A DNA stretch of 64,000 bases from Nitrososphaerota archaeon (GTDB lineage Archaea > Thermoproteota > Nitrososphaeria > Nitrososphaerales > Nitrosopumilaceae): contig JAGWFT010000002.1 of NCBI GenBank assembly GCA_028867755.1, positions 96,001-160,000 of the forward strand, written 5' to 3'. The notes beneath the pieces were generated by a model. The model was not told where the DNA came from, ran no database searches, and saw nothing but the letters and a program-made list of their open reading frames with translations. This document shows positions 9,003 through 16,740 of the stretch, one piece after another. Numbering within the stretch: position 1 is the first letter of the stretch; every line of letters starts with the position of its first letter. Made by a program: the position numbers and the translations under genes.

Positions 9003-10787
9003 TTGTTAGTGTATCTGCATTACTGGTTTGTTGCTGTAGTGATTGGTGGTAGTATTATGGGTTGGAAATTCTGGCAGACAAGAGAAGAATATGATAACTA
9101 TCTTGAAGGTGTCATAAGGCGAGTCGAAAACAAAGGCTTGCATAACTTCTTGCAGGTAGTAGCTGATCCCGTACATCCAAAAGGATTCAACATAATAGAT
9201 GAAACGTTAGGTCAACTAAATCAGAACATTCTCATAAATGGTTCTGCAAGAAGTGGAAAAACATGGCTTGGAATGTATCTTTGTTTAAAATTACCACATA
9301 GGAAAATCATTCTCTCTTTCAAAAAATTTCAGAGTAATAATAGAGACTTTGATATTGGTTACAAGTGGATAGACGTATCACAGTTTTTCCCAAACTTGTT
9401 CGCTGACGGGCAAAGTTTTTGTGAGGCATTTCGTTGCGCTTTCTTTAGCGATTTATCAAGTCGTGGACTTATGATCGATACGATCTTGTCTAAGGTCAAT
9501 GAAGTAATTGAGCAAGAGCCTAAGAACTTTGACGAATTCTTCAAGGCACTCGATAGAGTAGCAAAAAGTGGTCAGTGGGATGCCAACATTACAAACATTG
9601 TAAAATCAAAAGTCAAGAAATTACAGGTTGAGGGTGCAAAGCACGGCAGTATTAATTTTAGACAGGGAAACATAGTGTTAGATCTGGGAAATCTTCCAGA
9701 TGATGAGGTAAAGTCCTTTGTAGCCGAGTTATTTTTGAGACAGATAAACAGGATTGAAGAACAGGAACAAAACACAGAGAAGGTCTATGTTGTCATAGAC
9801 GAGGCTTGGCACATTCTAGCCAGCAAACAACAAAAGTCTATCATAGGAACGATGTTGCTTCAGGGTGCTTTCTATATTCAACTTATCATAATTACCCAAA
9901 ACTATACGCATCTTGATGAAGATTATCGGGGGCATTTCGGTTCTCATTTTTGCTTTAGAAATACAAACGATAAGGATTCAAAAGCGATTGAGGCTGGCTA
10001 TGGTGCGTTTGTCAGGGATGGGGTTAGACAATTACCAGATTTTTGCTATACTAATCTTAGATATCAACATGGAGAAAATATCTTACCATATTGGAAATTA
10101 AATTTTGAGAAATTGGAGAGGTTAATACAAGAAGCAAGACAGACTCATGTAGCAGAAGATAACCCACAGGCTGATTTTGTCAGTGATGGAAATAATGTTT
10201 GGAAGGATGGAGAAGAAAAGAAGAAGGATGAAACAAAAGAGAAGGAAAATTTGGAAGAGAGGGCTATTGACGTTCTCAAAAAAAGTGAGGTGGCTATGTA
10301 TGGATATGAACTTGGCAAGGCAGTTGGCGTTAAACCAAAAGATGTAACTACCAGAAGGAAAATTCTAAGAAAACTTTTAGAAGACAATAAAATAAAAGAA
10401 TGGATTTGTCAAATACGAAATGAAGAAGTTTCATACTACTACCTGATTAACGATGGTCGTGATGTATGCCATAATCTTATGACAAGAGAGACAAAGAAAA
10501 AGTTTGGAGACTGGAAGATTATTTTCGAGGCATCGCAGGGAACAGGAGGCGCAGATTTTGTAATACTACGAGAGAAAGATGGAAAGAAAATTGCCATCGA
10601 GTGTGAAACTAGTTTAAAGAAGGACGCCTCGGATCTGCGTGAAAGGATTGAAAAGAACCTTGCAGATGGAATTGACACAATAATTATGAGTCCTACAGAA
10701 GCGGTCAGAGAAAACTATTCTGCTTTGTTTGAGTGCAAATGCTGTCTTATTTCTGAATTGGAGATATTGAAGAATTGGAAAAAGTAA
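9003..10787 (+). CDS. Membrane-associated HerA/FtsK/VirD4-like ATPase fused to wHTH and PD-(D/E)xK nuclease domains; start uncertain
   Basis: Walker A GSARSGKT, Walker B VVIDEAWH, IIITQN, a wHTH near aa 415-480, and GADFVI...IAIECET. Confidence 0.8.
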   Translation: MLVYLHYWFVAVVIGGSIMGWKFWQTREEYDNYLEGVIRRVENKGLHNFLQVVADPVHPKGFNIIDETLGQLNQNILINGSARSGKTWLGMYLCLKLPHRKIILSFKKFQSNNRDFDIGYKWIDVSQFFPNLFADGQSFCEAFRCAFFSDLSSRGLMIDTILSKVNEVIEQEPKNFDEFFKALDRVAKSGQWDANITNIVKSKVKKLQVEGAKHGSINFRQGNIVLDLGNLPDDEVKSFVAELFLRQINRIEEQEQNTEKVYVVIDEAWHILASKQQKSIIGTMLLQGAFYIQLIIITQNYTHLDEDYRGHFGSHFCFRNTNDKDSKAIEAGYGAFVRDGVRQLPDFCYTNLRYQHGENILPYWKLNFEKLERLIQEARQTHVAEDNPQADFVSDGNNVWKDGEEKKKDETKEKENLEERAIDVLKKSEVAMYGYELGKAVGVKPKDVTTRRKILRKLLEDNKIKEWICQIRNEEVSYYYLINDGRDVCHNLMTRETKKKFGDWKIIFEASQGTGGADFVILREKDGKKIAIECETSLKKDASDLRERIEKNLADGIDTIIMSPTEAVRENYSALFECKCCLISELEILKNWKK

Positions 10788-11680
10788 AAATTCCTAGAGA
10801 CTGGTCTAGAGTCAGGGATGCCATAGTCAGCCGTATTCTGGGGTTTACTACAACATCAGCTAATGCAAAACCATATCGAGACAAAAAGGGAGACTTGGTT
10901 ATACCGATGGGTCACGACGGGGCTTGGCTGATTATATGCATGATGCTCTCAACTCTCATTTTTGCTGGCATCTTTCGTATATCTGGGATGAGTCTTGCAG
11001 AAACGCAGACAGAGTTTCCAAAGTATGATGCTGAGTGGATTTTTCTTATAATGGTCTTATTCCTTTTGCCAAGAATAGTTTTCAGAGGAATTTTAGGCTA
11101 TAGAGATATCCCTAAAGGTTGGACAAGAGAACAGGCTGAGGCTTTTTTTAATTTACAAGGAGCGAGGTCAAGGTGGAAAAGCCTTCTAGAAGAGGTGCTT
11201 GCATGGTTTCCTCTGATAACTTGTTTTAAAATAATTAACAATGTTGGCAAACAAGTTGGTGGTAAGGATTGGAAATTTGGCAGGTGGCTAGTAACTGTTT
11301 TTGCGTGGATGGTTGGATATTATGCATTTTTTAGACTGGTGTTTTGGGTTGAATCTTATGTAAAAGACGCAACGTTAAGCACGTTACTTCCAATAAGTGC
11401 GATAGTCTTTGCTATCATAGCACCTATAGTTTATGCAAGGAAAAAATATCTCACACATTTCAAGAATAACAAAAGATCTCTTGTTGAAGCCTATATGGAA
11501 ATAAAACATGGAAGGCGATGGAGAGTGTGGCTTTATGCATTTATTGGCGTTGGATTGTGCGGTGTTCCCTTGATGATGTATTTTGGGATTGACAAATTAT
11601 TATTTAGCGTGCCAGCCTATTTTGGATTACTTGTTTTCTGTGCATTGAAAGGCAGAGGAAAGTTAAGAAGAAAAAACTAG
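10775..11680 (+). CDS. Polytopic membrane protein (~7 TM)
   Basis: About seven hydrophobic segments; overlaps the ATPase stop. Confidence 0.75.
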   Translation: MEKVKIPRDWSRVRDAIVSRILGFTTTSANAKPYRDKKGDLVIPMGHDGAWLIICMMLSTLIFAGIFRISGMSLAETQTEFPKYDAEWIFLIMVLFLLPRIVFRGILGYRDIPKGWTREQAEAFFNLQGARSRWKSLLEEVLAWFPLITCFKIINNVGKQVGGKDWKFGRWLVTVFAWMVGYYAFFRLVFWVESYVKDATLSTLLPISAIVFAIIAPIVYARKKYLTHFKNNKRSLVEAYMEIKHGRRWRVWLYAFIGVGLCGVPLMMYFGIDKLLFSVPAYFGLLVFCALKGRGKLRRKN

Positions 11681-11754
11681 TATCTTTTACTTGAAGTGTA
11701 GAACCCAGAGCGAGGCTTCTTAGATGTTGTGTTTCTAAATAATATTGTGATGAA

Positions 11755-12174
11755 ATGGAAAATGAAACACCACAGATTGAGGAGAGGTATAGGAGACTAT
11801 ACAGAAGTTATGAAACAGAAGACAAGAAAAGGTCTTACGACCTGTTTGTAAGACAGGACAAGAGCAGGACAACGGTATCAACCATACAGAGCGAGAAGAT
11901 CGCAGAAGGCGAGGAAAAATCAATCTCTGTATTTCTCCGAGAAGAGAACCACATAATCTCTATTGAGGTCTGGACGGGCTTTGTAGGTGATGTTCTCAAA
12001 AAGTACGAGCGTCAGTATACTGGACGAGTGGATTATGACATTGGAGCTCTCTTTATGAGCGAGATATACGACAACGCACTACGCATCAACAGCAGGACGC
12101 CATCGGTTGCAAAGGTCTCGGAAAAAATAATAGACTTTGCAAAAATGCACAGGGAGAAGCAGAAATCATTATGA
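11755..12174 (+). CDS. Hypothetical protein
   Basis: 139-aa soluble ORF in the element operon. Confidence 0.6.
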   Translation: MENETPQIEERYRRLYRSYETEDKKRSYDLFVRQDKSRTTVSTIQSEKIAEGEEKSISVFLREENHIISIEVWTGFVGDVLKKYERQYTGRVDYDIGALFMSEIYDNALRINSRTPSVAKVSEKIIDFAKMHREKQKSL

Positions 12175-12175
12175 A

Positions 12176-12415
12176 ATGCGACAGAAAAATAGACAAATCA
12201 AGTATGCACTTGTGTTACTACAAGTTGGTCTTTTAGCAAGTGCATTTTTTCTTTTCTTTGGTCTAGTGGCGATGATGCTATATCTAATTGGTGAAATTAG
12301 CATCGCTGAGATTGTTGATTATTTGCTACTTTCTACTACGTGGGAGAGTGTGGGAATAACATTTTTTGAAGGTTTGATATGGATTGCGTTTAAGAAAAAT
12401 AGGTCGAAAAAATGA
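12176..12415 (+). CDS. 79-aa two-TM membrane protein (pilin-sized)
   Basis: Basic N-terminus, two hydrophobic helices, basic C-terminus; ATG lies 2 nt after the previous stop. Confidence 0.65.
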   Translation: MRQKNRQIKYALVLLQVGLLASAFFLFFGLVAMMLYLIGEISIAEIVDYLLLSTTWESVGITFFEGLIWIAFKKNRSKK

Positions 12416-12537
12416 TAGACAATATATTGAATTTCCTACTTGGATTGATTGATGGTACTTATGATAATGATGAAGATGTGAATGAAAAACTAAAGGTGAT
12501 TGAACGAGAAAAATTAAAGAGTTTAAAAAGAAAATAG
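12412..12537 (+). CDS. 41-aa ORF (not in ORF track)
   Basis: ATGA overlap with the previous stop; MIDNILNFLLGLIDGTYDNDEDVNEKLKVIEREKLKSLKRK. Confidence 0.5.
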   Translation: MIDNILNFLLGLIDGTYDNDEDVNEKLKVIEREKLKSLKRK

Positions 12538-12560
12538 ATCCACGATCCTGCAAGCATAAG

Positions 12561-12677
12561 ATGCTTGTCTATTATCGGAGAAGGTATGGAAATGTAGTAT
12601 GGGAGTTCTGGCGTTGCCTTGATTGTAAAAAAATAGTTCGCAAGGCAATATGGAATGTAAAGAATTTCTTTGGTTAA
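12561..12677 (+). CDS. 38-aa ORF with a CxxC knuckle (not in ORF track)
   Basis: MLVYYRRRYGNVVWEFWRCLDCKKIVRKAIWNVKNFFG; an in-frame CKH lies just upstream of the ATG. Confidence 0.4.
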   Translation: MLVYYRRRYGNVVWEFWRCLDCKKIVRKAIWNVKNFFG

Positions 12678-12726
12678 ATGGTAGGTGTGTGGGCTTACTC
12701 TTTATTCGACCCACACGGAGAGTAAC

Positions 12727-12924
12727 TTACTTTGTTTTGTCTGGTTCTTTTCTTAGAAGGTGCTGATATGGGCTAGGGCGGTACATTGTTACTACCCCAT
12801 GACGAATCATGTCGTCCATTATTTCGCTGTCCTTCAAAGGACGCTGGCAAAGTCTACAATAGACTCTGTACGTCCAATATGGTCTTCTATTTTCATAGAA
12901 GGTTCTTGGTTTGTTGTTTTCCAT
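12727..12924 (-). CDS. Small CxxC protein
   Basis: MENNKPRTFY...YCRLCQRP; a GAGGT SD-like sequence precedes ATG 12924. Confidence 0.5.
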   Translation of the reverse strand: MENNKPRTFYENRRPYWTYRVYCRLCQRPLKDSEIMDDMIRHGVVTMYRPSPYQHLLRKEPDKTK

Positions 12925-13093
12925 TTCCGTTACCTCGCCTAGTTTCTTAGGCAGTATTATTACTATAATCCTGCACTTTAAGTTATCTTCAAAAACAAAT
13001 GTCATTGTAATGAAAATGAGCGAAGCCTAAAGACGACCAGTTTTATCATAACCTTAAATCTCTCAAATTATCGAATAAAATAAGAGAATTCGT

Positions 13094-16069
13094 ATGGATC
13101 TAACAAAAGAAAATCTGCATGTTATCATCAGCGAATTTAGAGAATGGTTCAAGGGCAATGATGGTCAGAGGCATTTCAATAACATAGAGAAGGAAAAACA
13201 AGATGTAAAGGATCTCATGAAAAAACTAAAACCAATGGATAAGAACTCGCCAGAGTTCGTTGACTGGGTTCTATATGGGTTGCTACCTTATTTTAAAACA
13301 AAATTTGCAAAACGTGTTAGTACATTTCCCGTATTTCTAAACATAAAACTCTTCCTTAAAAATCGTAACGAGGAAGATTGGACAATATTGGCGAATATGA
13401 TATATGATCTTGCTCACAATTTTCAAGAAACGCCCAATAAGTTAGATATCTGGATTAAAGATTTTATTTCTGACAAAGCTCGTAGTAGAATGATTCAGTG
13501 TGGCACAATATCTCCGATAATATTTTGTATCAACGAATCGTTCCCAGTAGTGAATAACAGGGTCAGACATACCTACAATGAATTTGCAACTGTTTTTGGT
13601 TGGAATGATATCATGTCTCAGAAATTAGAACACTATTTGGACAATGTAAAAAAATGTCAGAAACTTATTGATGCATTAGGTGTTGAAGAACTTAGAAATC
13701 TTACCATTTTTGATGAATTCTGTTATTGGTATGATTATATTTACAAAGGAGAAAACGATGAGGAAGAAGAAACTGAATCTGATGTTGAGGTAAAGACAAG
13801 AGCTGAGGAAGTTAATCTTCCAATGTTTCTTGAGTCTGCACAATTAAGTAATCTAGCTAAATTTGAACCGCATTCGCTACGTAATCCAGAGAGAATCAAA
13901 ATCGACCAGATTATTTCTAATGCTTCTAACGGTAAATGGGTTCTACCAAATTTTCAAAGATATTTTGATTGGAAGAAGAACGATGTCAAGGAATTACTAA
14001 AATCAATATTCAACGATTATTATGTAGGAGCACTTCTTCTGTGGGATGTCGGAAAAGAACCAGAATTAGATCCTATGCCCATCATGGGTGTGGATATTAG
14101 AAAGGACGAACTCAAACCAAATTCTATCATTTTAGACGGGCAACAAAGGATTACATCGCTTTATTACGCACTGAGAGCGCCTAATTTTCCATTGCGGGGT
14201 AGTAGCGCACCTCTCTATTTTTACATTAACTTTTCTGAATTTTTTAATCAAAATGAGTCGAGTGACATTATAGAAATATTACCGAGAAAATTGGGCAGAG
14301 ATGAATCTTTTAAAAAAAGACTGTTTCCATTCTATGAATTAGAGAAGTATTCTGAATGGGTAGATGGTTTTGAAGATTTTATGTTGAAGGCTTCAACAGA
14401 CCAAGATAAGATAAGATCTATTAGGAGAATCATCGACAAAAAATTAAGGCATGTAATAGACGGTTTTGAAATTCCATATATCTCTCTTCCAGAAACAATG
14501 GAATTACCACAAGTAACCGATATTTTTGAAAAAATAAACACGATGGGAAAAGTCCTTAGCGTATTTGATCTTTTGATAGCTAGACTTAGCAAATACGAAA
14601 TAGAATTGAAAACACATTGGGAGGAATCCGTTAAGCGATTCCCTAAATTGCTTGAATATTACAAATCAATAGATAAGATACCCATTTACATCCTTCAGGC
14701 AATTTCCCTCTGCTATAATAAAACTAGTTCTTGTAAAAGAGAAGATATTCTAAATATATATCAAAATGTTTTTGAGCCTACAGATCTTTCCTTTGAGGAA
14801 ATTTGGAACGAGATGACAGAATACTTGAACAAGGGCATATTAAAAATTGAAAATCTGAGAGATGGGTTTGGTGTTAAAGACAGAAATGAGTTGCCGTTTG
14901 CTCCTATGATTCCTATACTGGCAGCCCTAACTAAGGAAATTGAATCGAGACATAACAAAGTCGACTGTTACAAAAAACTTGGCACATGGTACTGGACATC
15001 AGTCTTCTCTAATGCATACTCTGGTGCTGTTGATAGCCAGTTAACAGCAGATTTCAAGGAAATGAAAGATTGGTTCTCCGATGATACTAAGATTCCAAAA
15101 ACAGTAGATAGAGCTAGGAGAGAATTTGCCACGTTGAATCTTCGTGAAATACAATCTAAATCAAGTGCGATGTACAGAGGAGTCTTGTCACTTTTAGCGT
15201 TGGAAGGAGCTAATGACTTTAACACTAATCAAACCCTTGAGAATGCCCGAAATAACGATAAAGACCACCTGTTTCCCAAAGCTGAATTTCATTCTATGAG
15301 GAATGTAAATTCTATTTTAAACATAAGCTGGATGTCTGATGAGACCAACAGGAAGATTAAGAGATACAAGAAACCCTCCGCTTATGTCAAAGAGTTCATT
15401 AAGGAAAAATATGGCGGAAATGAAAAAGAATTTTTGAAAGTTTTGGAAAGTCATTTCATAAACAAAAATGCCTATGATTGTATGTTAAGAGATGACTTTC
15501 AGGGTTTCATTTCTGAACGCGAAAAAGTCGTTCTTGGTAAGATTAAGAATGCGATCGGTCTTGAAGGTACTGTACAAGACCACACTCTGATAACTCCAGA
15601 GCAACCATTTTCAAATCGTGTAGCTTTCTGGAATACGATAAAATCCTGTGATAGTTATATTTACTGGGTCGATAAATATTTCTCAAAGGAAGGACTCGAG
15701 CTACTCTCTCAATCATTGGATACAAACAAAACAAAAACTGTAAAGATAATCATTTCAGTTGAGAAAGCAGATGAAAAACTAAGAAGTCTCTTCAAAGACT
15801 TTAGAGAAGAGATGAAAAACAAGAATACTATCTGCGAGCTCAGGGTGATAACCGATTCTAAGTTGAAATCAAGTATACACGACAGATGGATATTGTCAAA
15901 GAACAGTTGTTTTAACATACCGTCGCCTGACACAGTAGCGAGAGGTCAGTACAGTGAAATAAAAGCCACAGAAAACAGACCTCCTTTCGATGATTGGTGG
16001 ACGAGAAGCCTCGATATAATCAACAATTGGAATGAAATTCAGAAAAGTAAAGAGATAATTTCAAAATAA
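13094..16069 (+). CDS. GmrSD-like (DUF262 + DUF1524/HNH) restriction endonuclease with extra N- and C-terminal domains
   Basis: LPNFQRYFDW, ILDGQQRITSL and IFEKINT (DUF262); DHLFP...N..N.SW...N (HNH); C-terminal IHDRW motif. Confidence 0.85.
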   Translation: MDLTKENLHVIISEFREWFKGNDGQRHFNNIEKEKQDVKDLMKKLKPMDKNSPEFVDWVLYGLLPYFKTKFAKRVSTFPVFLNIKLFLKNRNEEDWTILANMIYDLAHNFQETPNKLDIWIKDFISDKARSRMIQCGTISPIIFCINESFPVVNNRVRHTYNEFATVFGWNDIMSQKLEHYLDNVKKCQKLIDALGVEELRNLTIFDEFCYWYDYIYKGENDEEEETESDVEVKTRAEEVNLPMFLESAQLSNLAKFEPHSLRNPERIKIDQIISNASNGKWVLPNFQRYFDWKKNDVKELLKSIFNDYYVGALLLWDVGKEPELDPMPIMGVDIRKDELKPNSIILDGQQRITSLYYALRAPNFPLRGSSAPLYFYINFSEFFNQNESSDIIEILPRKLGRDESFKKRLFPFYELEKYSEWVDGFEDFMLKASTDQDKIRSIRRIIDKKLRHVIDGFEIPYISLPETMELPQVTDIFEKINTMGKVLSVFDLLIARLSKYEIELKTHWEESVKRFPKLLEYYKSIDKIPIYILQAISLCYNKTSSCKREDILNIYQNVFEPTDLSFEEIWNEMTEYLNKGILKIENLRDGFGVKDRNELPFAPMIPILAALTKEIESRHNKVDCYKKLGTWYWTSVFSNAYSGAVDSQLTADFKEMKDWFSDDTKIPKTVDRARREFATLNLREIQSKSSAMYRGVLSLLALEGANDFNTNQTLENARNNDKDHLFPKAEFHSMRNVNSILNISWMSDETNRKIKRYKKPSAYVKEFIKEKYGGNEKEFLKVLESHFINKNAYDCMLRDDFQGFISEREKVVLGKIKNAIGLEGTVQDHTLITPEQPFSNRVAFWNTIKSCDSYIYWVDKYFSKEGLELLSQSLDTNKTKTVKIIISVEKADEKLRSLFKDFREEMKNKNTICELRVITDSKLKSSIHDRWILSKNSCFNIPSPDTVARGQYSEIKATENRPPFDDWWTRSLDIINNWNEIQKSKEIISK

Positions 16070-16085
16070 TCCACAGTTTGTTTAG

Positions 16086-16151
16086 ATCTTCGATAAGAAA
16101 CTTGTTACCGCCTATCTTGTTAATACCTCCGTAAAAGGTAAGGCTTGTCAA
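16086..16151 (-). pseudogene. 5' remnant of an MBL-fold (RNase J-like) hydrolase gene
   Basis: TTG start giving MTSLTFYGGINKIGGNKFLIED, which matches the beta1-GG..EIGGN start of RNase J-like MBL proteins; similarity stops after 22 codons. Confidence 0.6.
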
Positions 16152-16253
16152 TTACTGTTTTTCTCGAACTATAGTTAAGAGTTCCTTGATTTACAAGCCA
16201 ACACCCAACATCTGCTATTGATTCACATCCCAAAGGGTGAGCCGAAGGCTCGC

Positions 16254-16517
16254 TTAATCCTTACCATATACTTGTTTATGACTGCCAACTCTACGCAGTT
16301 CTATTGTATTGTTTACAAAATCAACCGAGTAGATAATTCTATTACTCTTATCAAGGTTGTAGGCATATACTCTTAGACTCTGTTTGTAGTCGCCTAATTT
16401 TGTAGGATTTTCAGACTTGACTAATTCAGCGAGTACCGAGTCAACTCTTTTTTGAAAATCAGAACTCAATGACTTGTATTGTTTGATAAACTTCTTGTTT
16501 GGAGCAAGTATCCACAA
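16254..16517 (-). CDS. relE: RelE/ParE-superfamily toxin
   Basis: FIKQYKSL...RIIYSVD...RVGSHKQVY; 87 aa. Confidence 0.8.
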   Translation of the reverse strand: MWILAPNKKFIKQYKSLSSDFQKRVDSVLAELVKSENPTKLGDYKQSLRVYAYNLDKSNRIIYSVDFVNNTIELRRVGSHKQVYGKD

Positions 16518-16518
16518 T

Positions 16519-16665
16519 TTAACTATGTAATTCTTTGAGAAGTTCTTCTAAAGTGCTTCGTTTTATCTTGCCTTTGGCTTTATCGGACTCGTATTCTTTG
16601 ATATCTGCTATCTCTTCTGGTGTGAGATCGTCTTCTACTTTGGTCTTCTTTGTGGCTCGTTGCAT
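16519..16665 (-). CDS. 48-aa RelB-like antitoxin (not in ORF track)
   Basis: MQRATKKTKVEDDLTPEEIADIKEYESDKAKGKIKRSTLEELLKELHS; stop is 1 nt from the toxin start. Confidence 0.75.
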   Translation of the reverse strand: MQRATKKTKVEDDLTPEEIADIKEYESDKAKGKIKRSTLEELLKELHS

Positions 16666-16674
16666 GTTACCTTC

Positions 16675-16740
16675 ACTATGTTATAGCATAGTAGAATAAT
16701 TAAAACTATGTGTAACTATTGTAACTATGTTTGACTATTG
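16675..16740. promoter_or_regulatory. ACTATG palindrome plus four phased ACTAT repeats
   Basis: ACTATG-ttatag-CATAGT at 16675-16692; ACTAT at 16705, 16715, 16724 and 16734. Confidence 0.6.

Noticed and set aside
8885-9052. Stand-alone 55-aa ORF
   Set aside because: The C-terminal half looks like an off-frame reading of the ATPase TM region; treated under the frameshift finding instead.
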